Assembly (NCBI RefSeq): GCF_001194135.2
Contig: NC_068990.1
Coordinates: 31,790,286 to 31,854,285, forward strand
Length of the DNA: 64,000 bases
Direction: 5' to 3'
Origin: Octopus bimaculoides
Taxonomy: Eukaryota
Each line of letters begins with the position of its first letter. The stretch's first letter is position 1. Of this stretch, positions 12,663 through 25,974 are shown one piece after another. The position numbers were made by a program, and so were the translations under genes. The notes below the pieces were generated by a model. It was not told the DNA's origin and did no database searches. It saw only the letters and a list, made by a program, of their open reading frames with translations.

Positions 12663-12971
12663 ATGAAGAGAATATTTTGGAGCAAATACCGAATTCTTTT
12701 GTTGCTGCTGGGGATGACAGCTACCTTATACATTCTATTTCTCTATTATTCCATGTCGAAACTGGATGCGGTAAACAGTAATTCCTTTCTATTAGAAAGA
12801 AGAAATATTATTAAAGTGGCACCGTTGGATGATAAAATGCAAGAAATTCCAGAAATTTCAGTTGCTTCAAGAGTACAGCACTCAAAAGTTAAAATAAGAG
12901 GTGTAATTCTTGATAAAATGCACCTTTATTTTCCAACGAAGAACAACACATTTCAATGTCTGCATTCCAAG
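12663..12971 (+). CDS. PRKCSH-like: PRKCSH-like coding exon 1 (hydrophobic anchor, stem, start of G2B domain)
   Basis: MKRIFWSKYRILLLLLGMTATLYILFLYY...RGVILDKMHLYFPTKNNTFQCLHSK. Donor AAG|GTAAG at 12972. An acceptor cttccttgcag ends at 12619, so the exon probably starts at 12620. Confidence 0.88.
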
Positions 12972-15900
12972 GTAAGCAGTTTAACTCCTATAGTATCAAG
13001 AAACACTTCTCACTCATGTGGGTCACTTCTTCTAATCTCTGTGCATACCTATGGATGTTTATACACACACAAACACTTACACATGTAAAGACAGTATTCT
13101 TCTGGGACTATGTATTAAATATGGAAAAAAAATAAACAAGGATAAAGAGAAAATAAATAGAAATCTTGTGTAAAGTGGTTGGCATTAGGAAGGGCATCCA
13201 GCTATAGAAACCATGTTAAATCAGACTGTAGTCTGGTGCAGCTTGCCAGCCCTGATCAAACCATCCACCCATGCCAACATGGAACATTAGTAATGATGAC
13301 AATGTTGTGTGTGTGTGTGTCTTCCTGTCTTGAAACTGCGCAACAGTTATAAAACAAGCACCACCATAATGCAATCCATGTCATTTGTTTCCTGCATTAC
13401 TTGAAAATCATGTTTGGTCATGAGGAAATATTACCTTGCTTGGAAACAGATGAGGTTTGGCAACTGGATGGGTATCTGGCCAAAGAAAATTCGCCTGAAC
13501 AAATTCCATCTGACCCAGGCAAGCATGGAAAAGTAGACATTAAAACGATGATGAAGATGATATAGATATTATATATGTGCACACACATACATCTTTATAT
13601 GAATACACATAAAATACAGTGGTCAAGAGTTCAAACTTTGATAAGGCTATTGTGTTTCTGAGCAAAGCACAACTCTTCTTGCATGATTTTGTCTGATAAA
13701 AGGTTCCCTTCTTTTTCAATTTCTATCATATGGCTAGCAGTGGGAAGGGTTCCTGCTACCACAAGTAAAATTACATCTGTACTGTGGAAGAAAATTCATT
13801 ATCAATGACTATTTTTGGTAAAGAAAACAGGCAATAGAGTCACAGAATTGTAAATAATTAAAGATAGAATTCATTGAGGAATGAGTTTGATCTTTGTTAG
13901 TTCAGTGGCAACACCAGACTTCTTTCAGTCTTATTAGGCCTCATCAGCAGTGCATAGTCTAACCATTAATGTCTGATCTTTAGAATTTATATGTATAAAA
14001 TCTAATAAGAATAGCACCAATTTATAAATGTACTCGTTTACAATTTTGTTAATTATATCTTTTGATACCAACTCACCTGAAACTGTTTCCGATTCTATGA
14101 ATCAAACTTCCTGTTTTAAATTGATCTGAATTAAAACCATCAATCCAAATTTTTTAAATTTATGTTTCAAAAACCAGCTTAATAATAACAATGTTGTTTT
14201 ACTAAATTTTCCATAAACTTCAAAATTGATTGAAATAAATGATGTGTATTTAAAAAAGATATGGTAATAAAAAGCAGGAATATCTATTTTAAAACCTGTA
14301 CCTACAAAACTTTGTATTCAAATTTATTGTATATCTTAATGATAGTGGGCCGAATTATTTTTCATTGAGTTTTAATCCAAATGTTTATTTGAATAGTTTA
14401 CAAAATGACTAATGTTTTGGCCTTTCATTTCAGCAACAGATTCCATACCAGCATTTGAATGATGATTTCTGTGATTGCAATGATAACTCTGATGAACCTG
14501 GAACCTCAGCTTGTCAGTCATCAAAGTAAGACATCTAAAATATACTATTTCAGTTAATTAGGCTGCAGCCATGCTGGGGTACTACTTTGAAGAATTTTTA
14601 GTGGTTGGGGGGGGGGGTGACAGATATAGACACACATAAATATATACATATATATATCATCATCATCATCATCATCGTTTAACGTCCGCTTTCCAAGCTA
14701 GCATGGGTTGGACGATTTGACTGAGGACTGGTGAAACCGGATGGCAACACCAGGCTCCAATCTAAATTTGGCAGAGTTTCTACAGCTGGATGCCCTTCCT
14801 AATGCCAACCACTCACACACACACTATGGGCTTCTCTCAATTTCTGTCTGCCATATTCACTCACAAGGCTTTGGCCAGCCTGAGGCTATAGAAGACACTT
14901 GTGTTTTCAATGTAAACGATGTACACTCTGTCTACACAATAATTGTATATGCTCTCTGCATGACAACTATACACACTGTCTCTGTATAGTAACTGTATGC
15001 TCTATATATTCTTGTATACAAAAACATGGATTTTCTCTATTCAAGAACTCAATGAGATATCACCATGAATTTTTGAAAACATTTAAATGTAATTTCTACT
15101 GTACTTTTCCTTGGAGAGTATCGAAAAAGAAACATTTCGATACCTTGTTTATGAATTTTGGATGAATATTTTAGTAAATATGACAATTTGAATGGTCAGG
15201 AAACTGGTTGAAATCTTACCTAATTGGCCTCAATGAATTATTAGCCATATTTGTGATGTCATATCTTTGAAACTGAGGTGATAATCATCTTCAAATTACA
15301 CAAATTAATAATGACCATGGTGGTTGTTGCCTGTGCCACCTGACTGGCCCCGTGTCAGTGTCATGTTTTTACCATTTGAGCGTGGGTCATTGCCAGTGCC
15401 GCCTGACTGGCTCCCATGTTGGTGGCACATAAAAAGCACCCACTACACTCTCAGAGTGGTTGACGTTAGGAAGGGCATCCAGCTGTAGAAACCTTGCCAG
15501 ATCAGATTGGAGCCCAGTACAGCCTTCTGGCTTGCCAGTACTCAGTCAAACCGTCCAACCCATGCCAGCATGGAAAGCGGACGTTAAATGACAATGATGA
15601 TGTATACCAGTTGCCTACTTTTTTCAGGTTCTTGGAAAGGAAACTTTTTTTTTGGCAATTTTTTAAATATTTATGTAAAGTCTGTTTTGTTGCATATAAC
15701 AGTCACTTTCGCAGTGTTTTCAGACATAGCTAAATCCGAAAGTACACAGGGACTTGATTTTTGACACGTTTGTAGTGGGTATAGAACTAAATAAATCCTG
15801 AGATTTTGGGACATGACACCATTTCAATAAAATTTTAATGGACTATTCAAAATTACTATAGATAGCTGAGTTTCGGATCAGGGCACCCACATGAGTTGGA

Positions 15901-18900
15901 TTTTCCCCATTTTGACAGGGATTTCCTCCTTTTTTTTTTTTTTTTTCATCACAGCCTTAGAAATGATGTAGGGAAGCTTTTCAGGAAGAAAAATTGGGGA
16001 AAATTTATGATTCCCCCACTCCAGATTGACATTGGCCTGTTCGTGTTTTTTTTTTTTGCATTACACTCTTAAAAACGATAGGAAAAGCCTTTTCAGTTAA
16101 AAAAAAAATTTTCAAAATATTTTCAGGCAGAAAGGTGTGTGATTTAAGGGAGATTTAACTGTTGTTTCTAACACATCCTACGACCATCTGGTACCTTTCT
16201 CAGAATTGCATGTATACTTCGATTAAAACCCAAACGAAATCTCAAAACTAGTTCCTGGCTTTAGCTTTAAAAGCATAAATTAACATCATTAAAAACATCT
16301 GTAACTTACAGTAAACTCGTTCTTATTAATTCGTTCATCCATTTCTTGAAATTCTGGCTCAAATTCAATATTTGAAGCCTTGGATCTGTGTTCCTACCAT
16401 GTGGGAATATGGCAGTTTGACAAGTAGTGTCAGTATACCATCTTCTTTATTGACTTCATAATGCTTTTTGCTATATCGTGGCCAGATTCAGCAATGACCA
16501 TACTGGATTTGCAAGAAATTTTTCTTTATGATATAAAAATCTTGAAGAAAATATATTCTTTTCTAAGTGGAAATTGACAATAAGATTTTCACTTTTATAT
16601 TTCATAATGATTATTTAAAATATCCCTATCAATTTTTATATCAAAATAATCAAAATCAATCCTCTTCATGCCTATGATTTCCAGTGCAAATTGTGTTATA
16701 GCACTCCTGCACGTTGAATTAGAATGAGGGCCACCGTTCACCAGTCAAAAAAAGTGAGGTGGAGCAAATTTTATGAATGGGTGGAAATACTAGGGTGATT
16801 GAGGGACCCTGGTATGATATGTAAGTGTTAGATTTTGTATGAGAAGGAAGTTCACATCCAGAACTTCCAAATGATATATAATTTTCGTTGGAATAAATGT
16901 ATTTTGACATGAAAATGATCAAGAAAAAGTGTGTTTTTACATGGTCAAACTGCACTTATCTCCCTTCTACAGTGCTCTTTAGTAAAAGTGTTACACATTC
17001 AAAGTTGTGCATTTTGATTTAAACTTTTGTTGAATCAGTTGTAAAGCACAATCTTAATTCCAGTTATTTACATTATCTACATTTGACGGATATTCGTCCT
17101 TATCTTGTTTGTTGTTAACACCAAACAAGATGAGGACGAATATCCGTCAAATGTAAATAATGTAAATAATTCCTTATCTCTTAAATATAGAACTGTATTA
17201 ATTCCAGTTTATTAAATTTTCACGTTCAGTTTCACTTTCACTATTATAGTTAAGCCTGTTCTGAAATTGCTTCATTCACTATAGATAATTTTGGGGACAA
17301 CTTTTGACTTTTTTTTTATCCTGTTCTGTGAGTGTATAGTCTCCAGTTTTGAGTTTGGATCTCTATACTCTTCTACTGATAACCTTTTTCTTAATTGTTG
17401 GAATTGATGTTTACACCAGACAATGTACGATTTTTCTCATTACATAAATTATAATTACCTAACCATCTGTGAAGAGTGTCTAGCCAGTGTACAGAAAGAG
17501 TGCAATTAATGGATGTATAAAGAAAGTTCAAAATGTTTTTGCATTGAATTTATAGTTATTACATACAGATAGTGCAAAATTATTGTGTAGTGGGAGAATG
17601 TGAGATTAATATAATCAAGTTCAAATTCAAGTGTACACTTGAATTTTCCCTCATTCTAGTTTTGTGGAGTGGATAATAATATTGATGTTCAGACATCAAT
17701 ATCATTGGGAGACAATGAGAATACACATATTTGAATATTTGAATGTATCATATGATGGTCTGTCCAGCATTTAGCTTCATGCTTGGCGCATGTAATTAAA
17801 ATGTTCTGAAAGTAACCCTTGTTGGATAATAGTGTAATCAAAAAGAGGCCACTTCTTTGAGGAGACCTCCATAATATTTTGTAGATATTGTGTTACACAA
17901 CTGTATAGAATTTCATACTGTTGTTGTGTACAGCAAGTACATAAAATTGTTGTAGAAAGAGTATGTGTGTTTATACATTGATTATATATAGAAAGGGAAT
18001 ATTCAAAGTAGAGAGTGTATAATCATTACATACAAAGAGTATATTCAAAGTAGAGAGTGTATAATCTTTACATACAAAGAGTATATTAGTCATTGTGTAG
18101 AGAATGTATAAAGAAAGTGCATTGACTAGAGAGAATGTATGGTTATTCTTATTTCTTTATTGTCCACAAGAGGCTAAACATAGAGGGGACAAACAAGGAC
18201 AGACAAAGGGATTAAGTCGATTAGATCGACCCCAGTGCATAACTGGTACTTAGTTTATCGACCCTGAAAGGATGAAAGGCAAAGTCAACCTCTGCGGAAT
18301 TTGAACTCAGAACGTAACAGCAGACGAAATACCGCTAAGCATTTCGCCCAGCGTGCTAACGTTTCTGCCAGCTTAGTTATTTTATTCAGAGAGTTTATAT
18401 GTTCATTGCATAAAGTGAACATACATACATTTTGTATGGCCAAGTGCTGTCAAACCATCGAACCCCTGCCAGCATAGAAAGTGGATGTTAAATGACGATG
18501 ACAGCAATGGCGGCGGCAGCGACACCATGAGAGAGAAAGTGATAGTGTAATCATTGCATAGAAAGAGTCTATGTATTCATTGTATAGAGGGAGTATATAT
18601 GGAGAGCATATTGATTCAATGTATATAGATAATGCATACTGTCATTGAGTTCTTGACATTTAGTGCTTTAATACAAAACCTAATGAAAAATTTCCTGCTG
18701 TAGATTATTTTGCTTTCTTCTACAGGTTTTATTGCACTTTTCAGCTGGAAGGATTGAAACCTCAGTTTACTTGGTCGAGTCGTGTACAAGATGGTATTTG
18801 TGATTGCTGTGATGGTAGTGATGAATGGTCAAATGAAGTTTTACCTGATAACATCCGAATTAAAGGTAATACTGTCCAAATCTTAGCAATTTGCCATTGT

Positions 18901-21900
18901 ATCTCTATTATATTCTACACCAGTCCTGAGCCTCTCCTATATTTCACTCTATCATTTGCTACAGTCACCTCATCCTGCCCACTCACCCAGCCCATCTTAC
19001 CACCTCCAATGTTCTCTGAGGGCATGTCCCAACATGTCTTCGCCATCATTTCCCTCACTATCATTCTTTTTATCTTAGTTTCTAACTTACTCTCCTTTGT
19101 TTTCCAACTGGGGCATCCATGTACCTACTCTACAGCAAGACACCTTAAATCACTCAACTGGCACAAAGCCACACCTCCTCCATATTACTCCCTCCCTCCC
19201 AGTTGAGAGGCTTTTTGTCTTGCAAGGTACTTGGTGACCCCTGTCAGTGCTGGCACCATGTAAAAAGCACTTTTGCTGGTGGGTATATCAGCCAAAACGT
19301 ATTAACAACAAACAAGATGAGGACAAATAGCCGTCAATTGTAAATAATGTAAATAATGGACTTATAATATATATAATTAACTTTGATCTGTTAATAATAA
19401 TAACAATAAGATAAATAGCCTGAGGACGCACTGGTGGATTTATGTATTAGGCATAGCCTTAATAAACACCCCACCGGTGCAGAAACACGTAGTATTGATT
19501 AAAAATATCTTCTTTCCCCACAGACTAATAAAAGATAAATTATATATATTTTTCAAATAATTTTATTATATTTTATAGTAGGTTTTTAAGTGCTTATATT
19601 ATTTTATTGGATATAATAATAATAATAATAATAATAACATCGAAAAATACCTTAGGAATGAGAACCCAGGTTCAAAATTTCCCCAAGACACCTGATGAAG
19701 GCTAGAAGGTATATCAGCTGAAACGTGTTAACAACAAACAAGATGAGGACAAATATCCGTCAAATGTAAATAATGTAAAAAATGTACATAATTCTNNNNN
19801 NNNNNNNNNNNNNNNNNNNNNNNNNNNNNNNNNNNNNNNNNNNNNNNNNNNNNNNNNNNNNNNNNNNNNNNNNNNNNNNNNNNNNNNNNNNNNNNNNNNN
19901 NNNNNNNNNNNNNNNNNNNNNNNNNNNNNNNNNNNNNNTAACAACAAACAAGATGAGGACAAATAGCCGTCAATTGTAAATAATGTAAATAATGGACTTA
20001 TAATATATATAATTAACTTTGATCTGTTAATAATAATAACAATAAGATAAATAGCCTGAGGACGCACTGGTGGATTTATGTATTAGGCATAGCCTTAATA
20101 AACACCCCACCGGTGCAGAAACACGTAGTATTGATTAAAAATATCTTCTTTCCCCACAGACTAATAAAAGATAAATTATATATATTTTTCAAATAATTTT
20201 ATTATATTTTATAGTAGGTTTTTAAGTGCTTATATTATTTTATTGGATATAATAATAATAATAATAATAATAACATCGAAAAATACCTTAGGAATGAGAA
20301 CCCAGGTTCAAAATTTCCCCAAGACACCTGATGAAGGCTAGAAGGTATATCAGCTGAAACGTGTTAACAACAAACAAGATGAGGACAAATATCCGTCAAA
20401 TGTAAATAATGTAAAAAATGTACATAATTCTTCATCTCTTAAATATAGAACTGTATTATCTTTTTGTTTTATTGTGCCTGTCTCTCTCTATATATATATA
20501 TATAGCTATGCATTCTTCACTATTTCCATGTACTGAACTCACTGTTTCCCACTTAGAGTAGAATCCTATTTTAAAGCGCACCACTTCAAATTACCGTTCA
20601 CTTCCTTCAAAGGCAAAAGCTTGAAACATAAGACTTCCACACAACATAGCAAGCGAATATATTAAACATTAAATCCTTTTTCTAATACCTGTACAGACTC
20701 TTACTAGTTTCCTTGCATTCTGGAAATATATTAAGTATTGTAATTATATAGAAGGCTTGTACCTAATTGTTGGAATTGTGTCCAAATATATTTACTCATG
20801 CAATGAGTGACATTATATCTCTTAAGGACCTTTTTTTGGAAGCCTATTATGAGGAAGAAACTAACTAGCTTCATTGTTATTTAACAATTACTCTGGAATT
20901 TTCACATCAAAATTTGCTCACCATTATGTTACCTTAGCATCTAGGAAGGCCACTGACACAAGGAGGGGAGACCAATGGTGGTCTCCGTTTCAATCGTGGT
21001 TTGAATGAGATCTCATGATATGACAATTCCACTATTTTGCTGAAGAAGAATTTAGTAAAACGTAATATAGGGATACAAGGATGTAGAGTTAGTATTGGAG
21101 ATGAGAGTGTATGTATCTGTACACACACTACTTACATATAAAGGCATTATATATAAATTTTTGTGCTTGTTCTTACAGACCCTGCTTTAGGAGGTGCAGT
21201 GATGCATGCTCCCTGTGCTAATTGGTGCCTAACAATTCTTCAGAAAGTTCATAGAAAGAAAATGATGCTACTAGAAGGCCGTAAACATAAAGCTCCCTAT
21301 TTAGCAGCAGCAGCTAATGTGAAAAACAAAATGGTAAGTACATAATTAGTTGCATCGAAATCAATAATAACAAAAGCACTCAGAGAGCACAAACTTCCGC
21401 TAACGCAACACCAACATCCTCTCAACGATTAACAAAAGATGATTTTTAAAATGAGAATATCTGAAATAAGATCCATCAATGAATATCATGAATCCTTTTG
21501 GTTTTCTTTTCTCTTAAATTCCGATCTTCCATTAGTAATCCTGTTGTTTTACATCATTGTATAGAATTATATATGTAAGTCATCATCATCATCATCGTTT
21601 AACGTCCGCTTTCCATGCTAGCATGGGTTGGACGATTTGACTGAGGACTGGTGAAACCGGATGGCATCACCAGGCTCCAATCTAATTTGGCAGAGTTTCT
21701 ACAGCTGGATGCCCTTCCTAACGCCAACCACTCAGAGAGTGTAGTGGGTGCTTTTACGTGTCACCCGCACGAAAACGGCCACGCTCGAAATGGTGTCTTT
21801 TATGTGCCACCCGCACAAGAGCCAGTCCAGGGGCACTGGCAACGATCTCGCTCGAAAACCCTACAAAGGCCAGTCAGGCAGTACTGGCAACGGTAACGCT

Positions 21901-24280
21901 CAAGATGNNNNNNNNNNNNNNNNNNNNNNNNNNNNNNNNNNNNNNNNNNNNNNNNNNNNNNNNNNNNNNNNNNNNNNNNNNNNNNNNNNNNNNNNNNNNN
22001 NNNNNNNNNNNNNNNNNNNNNNNNNNNNNNNNNNNNNNNNNNNNNNNNNNNNNNNNNNNNNNNNNNNNNNNNNNNNNNNNNNNNNNNNNNNNNNNNNNNN
22101 NNNNNNNNNNNNNNNNNNNNNNNNNTCCCTCAACTGTTAGGGTGTGGCACTTTTTCACGCAGCTATCCTCATTCATTCTCACCACATGTCCAAACCAGCG
22201 CAATCGTCTCTCTTGCACACCACAACTGATGCTTCTTATGTTCAGCTTTTCTCTCAAGATACTTACACTCTGACGGGTATGCAGATTGACATTACACATC
22301 CAGCGGAGCATACTGGCTTCATTCCTTGCGAGCTTACGCATGTCCTCAGCAGTCACAGCCCAAGTTTCACTGCCATGTAGCATGGCTGTTCGTACACATG
22401 CGTCATATAGTCTGCCTGTATACTGTAAAATGTTAAAATGTATGTATAATCTCGTAATATGGAAAATACTTAAAAGAAAAATGTAACAAAAACTATTACA
22501 GGGTTCTCTAACTAAAATTTGTTTCTTCACCCCTAATCACATATTGTTACTTTAACTAATGTGCATCTAAATGTAGTTGGGTGGCAAACTCCATCACCTG
22601 GCACTTTGATGCATTTAATGAAGTCTGTTGAGCTACAGTCAATCAGGGCAGGTCTCTTGTATGTGGATTGCTTATGCCAGTCTGAGAAAGCCCTAGAAAT
22701 GGTTATGGGTACACCCTTCCACTTCTGACTAAGCCACAAAAATATTAATGTTATTTATAAATGTTTTATGTTTCACGCAATATTTGCAGTATTACTTTTG
22801 CTAGATATTAGAAAATATAAGCTAATAAATTTGATAATACAAACTTTAGTAGAATTTATCCCCACTTAAATGCAGATACTCTGTTAGAACAAACTATACT
22901 GCAATAGATACCATGAGAGAAACTCTCATATCGGTCCCTAGTACAAAATGCACTCTTGTTTATATTGCTAGCAGGGAAATAAACCCCCATGACCTCCAGT
23001 GCCAAGACTGCCAGATCACATGATTTCAACCTTCCTTGCTCTTATCAATGACGGACGCTCAATCACTAGAGATAACAGCAACTCACCCCCTCTCAGTGAT
23101 ATAAAGTAAGAAAAATGCCAGAAGAGGCACTGGTGTCATGATTAGCTTGTTAAAAATATTTAGAATTGTTTTTTGATTTTTGCTCTCATTCATAAATTTT
23201 TCCTCAATTATTCAATTCAATACCATACCTTTTTCTTCTTTTCTTAGAGCTATGGTCCTGAAGGTGTGTTTTACAAACTAAGTCTGAAATGTTTTCAAAT
23301 TCAACTTCCTCCTTATGACTACAATATATGTCCTTTCAAGAAATGTACTCAGCAAAAGTTTCCACAACCAGTGATATCATTGGGACAGAACCCTGTGTGG
23401 GAGAAAATGAGACTTGGCTCTTATGTTTTAAAGATGACAGGAGGTAGTGCTCAGTATTGCCCAGAAAACAGAGAGCGTCTTTCAAGGGTAGGTAAATTAT
23501 TTGATAAACATTTATTTTGTATTATGTATGCCAGCTGGAGTGACATGTCACTTGTGTATGTTTGTTTCATGTTTTGCACATACATTCACTTGCACGACAT
23601 TAAATTAAGTCATTAACTTATGTTGTCCTTTCTTTATTGTTCAATTATTTGTGATTACTTTTTTAATGTTTATTGCATTAAACATGGCAACACTAAATTA
23701 TTGGCATCTCTGAATAATTAATTGTATTTGGTGTTAGGAAGGGCATCCAGCCATAGAAACCATGCCAAATCAGACTGGAGTCTAGTGCAGCCTTCCATCT
23801 TGCCAGCCCAAGTCAAACCATCCACTCCAATGGACAATGGACATTAAATGATTATGATCTGTTGCTTTTGCATAAGCCCACTTTAATTAATTATTGATAA
23901 AACTTAATTAAATTTTTTTTTTATTGGCAATTCTATTTAGAAAGAAAATAATTGAAGACAAACCTGGTTAAAATAAATAAAAATTACTTTTGCAGATTTA
24001 GTAAATGGTTGTCAATCAGAATTCCTCTGTAGAGTAACTTCTTCCAGGAATATGCTCTCTTACACATTTATAATTCAATTTGACACATCTATACAAATGT
24101 GTAAGAGTTACAAATATATTTGAAATTTAACTCACTCACGAAAAATAATTTATCTAACTATCTTATATTTCTTGAATTCTGCAGATAACTTTTGAATGTG
24201 GAGTTGTTGATAAAGTGAAATCAATACACGAAGATGCTTGTGAATATTTTATCAAATTCAGTACACCTGCTGCATGCTGA
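12663..24280 (+). CDS. PRKCSH-like: Glucosidase II beta subunit (PRKCSH)-like protein, 343 aa, six coding exons, signal-anchored with a C-terminal MRH domain
   Basis: Manual splicing with GT-AG introns and consistent phases (0,2,1,0,0): 12663-12971, 14434-14525, 18726-18865, 21179-21333, 23248-23487, 24185-24280. The product contains FQCLHSK-QQIPYQHLNDDFCDCNDNSDEPGTSAC, SRVQDGICDCCDGSDEW, YGPEGVFYKL..C....YDYNICPF and CEYFIKFSTPAAC*. These match the GIIbeta G2B and MRH motifs. Confidence 0.93.
14434..14525 (+). CDS. PRKCSH-like: PRKCSH-like coding exon 2
   Basis: tttcatttcag| QQIPYQHLNDDFCDCNDNSDEPGTSACQSS |gtaag; 92 nt, phase 0 to 2. Confidence 0.95.
17065..17168. repeat. Spacerless palindrome made of two Penelope-type terminal repeat pieces
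   Basis: 52-bp arms (17065-17116 / 17117-17168) with 3 mismatches. The right arm matches aacaacaaacaagatgaggacaaatatccgtcaaatgtaaataatgt at 19730-19775. Confidence 0.85.
18148..18373 (-). mobile_element. SINE family B
   Basis: Reverse complement of the 10438 family: gaaacgttagcacgctgggcgaaatgcttagcggtatttcgtc. Confidence 0.85.
18726..18865 (+). CDS. PRKCSH-like: PRKCSH-like coding exon 3
   Basis: cttctacag| (K)FYCTFQLEGLKPQFTWSSRVQDGICDCCDGSDEWSNEVLPDNIRIK |gtaat; 140 nt, phase 2 to 1. Confidence 0.95.
19635..19795 (+). mobile_element. Penelope-type terminal repeat with a damaged hammerhead core (repeated at 20273-20455)
   Basis: acacCTGATGAaggct..agctGAAAcgtgtt. About 3 nt at the cleavage triplet are missing compared with the 47291 copy. 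Confidence 0.7.
21179..21333 (+). CDS. PRKCSH-like: PRKCSH-like coding exon 4 (short linker)
   Basis: ttcttacag| (D)PALGGAVMHAPCANWCLTILQKVHRKKMMLLEGRKHKAPYLAAAANVKNKM |gtaag; 155 nt, phase 1 to 0. CANWC aligns with CENTC of GIIbeta. Confidence 0.88.
21580..22420 (-). mobile_element. 5'-truncated RTE LINE spanning an N gap
   Basis: GRLYDACVRTAMLHGSETWAVTAEDMRKLARNEASMLRWMCNV..RRLRWFGHVVRM, with the (CAT)n-ended 3' tail at 21580-21907. Confidence 0.9.
23248..23487 (+). CDS. PRKCSH-like: PRKCSH-like coding exon 5 (MRH domain)
   Basis: cttttcttag| SYGPEGVFYKLSLKCFQIQLPPYDYNICPFKKCTQQK...YCPENRERLSR |gtaggt; 240 nt, phase 0. Confidence 0.95.
24185..24280 (+). CDS. PRKCSH-like: PRKCSH-like terminal coding exon
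   Basis: ttctgcag| ITFECGVVDKVKSIHEDACEYFIKFSTPAAC*; TGA at 24278-24280 directly after TPAAC. Confidence 0.95.
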   Translation: MTFECGVVDKVKSIHEDACEYFIKFSTPAAC

Positions 24281-25383
24281 TTTCAATTATCATCAAGCAA
24301 AAGTACCTGGGACCAGAACTTCAGTTTTTTTACCTCGTTATTCATATCTACATTCCATCAAGAATTTGATTAGACTTCATTTCCTTATCATTACATTTGG
24401 CCTAAGGACAATTTGTTCAGTCAATAGTCTTTTGTTTTTTTCCTGTGATTCTTATGTGCCTGTAATATGTATAAATATAAGCTCTACAGGTATAGTAGCT
24501 GTGAAGTAAAGAACTTTTGACTATAATACTGTCCAATCTTATCACAGGTATGGATGTCATGTCTGTAGAAAAGGGAAATTGTTCTAATCTAATGATCTGT
24601 AAATATTTGTTACTTTCTCTTTACTGATGAGAAGCTTCCAATGGGAAAAGCATCTAACTAGAAATTCTTATTTAAAAATATTTATGCAAGTATTCAACAT
24701 TACAAAATTTCATTCATTCATGGTTATTATTGAAAAACAGAGGTGAATTTCTTCAAACCATATTGCTGAATATATTATGAAATAACAAAACCACATTTTT
24801 GGTTGGCATCTACAGTTTCTTATTCAAAATGGGTGTACCAAATTTTGGAATTTTGATGCTGTGGTTAGACCAATTTTTCATCCTCCTGAAATGTATAAAA
24901 AAATTTTACACGTTACACAAAGTACACCTACTATGCATAATATTCTATACGAGATAAGTACAATAAGCTTGTACTTAACTGATCATATTTTGTTCTGAAA
25001 GCGAGTTAACTTGAAAGATATTTTCTAAAATGTATATCAAATGACAGTATATTACGATTATAAATGGCAAATGATTTGTAAAAAAAAACCAATAAAATTA
25101 TATTGTGTAATATAACAGTGCATTTTACAACATTGAGAATTTATAATAAATTGTTATAAAGTATTACATGGTAATTTATTTTTGACAAAAAATTAACAAT
25201 AATTTTATAGCCGTACTTCAAGAACAAAAATTGCATAAACCAATGGATGGAGTTCAAAATACATACAATACACAGCCCTGTTTTACATATACATATGAAC
25301 AACATCGTACAGAGATATATACAGACACACATTCATACACTATCATAGCTCATGTGTACAGACATCTATACATATAAATGCAC

Positions 25384-25425
<42 letters not shown>

Positions 25426-25936
25426 TATTTTTCTTTTTTGTCATGGAGTTGTTGGGGTTATATCATGTCTGGCATGTCTTGGGCATTTAAAACTTGACAG
25501 GGCTGCTGATTTCTTCAACAGAGAGGAGAGAGAGATTGAAAAGAATTATGTTGAGCACTGAACTGGTACTTTTATTTGCTGAAACTGAAAAAGATAAAAG
25601 GCAAAGTTGACCTCAATAACATTTAGATTCAGAGTGCAGAGAGCCAGAATAGATATCAACACAAGTTTGACACTCTGCCAATTTGTATTGCATGCACATG
25701 CACACACTCACAACCAAGCATCCATATACACACACTCTAGCTTGAAAATATCACCCTGTCCAATCAGCTTTAAATATTTGTTTGATGGCTTGCTTATTGA
25801 TGATCACTGCACCATTAATAAGCATTTATAAACTGAAATATAATTATAAAAACTCATGACTGGTGATTGGTTACATGAAACTTTGAGTAACAGCTTATGA
25901 AGTCTTTTCAGCTTCAATAAAACTGTATTTTACGTG

Positions 25937-25972
<36 letters not shown>

Positions 25973-25974
25973 TC

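Noticed and set aside
19296-20430. Apparent tandem duplication of about 500 bp (19296-19795 vs 19939-20430)
   Set aside because: The copies are identical and flank an N gap, typical of an unmerged contig overlap. Not accepted as real without long reads.
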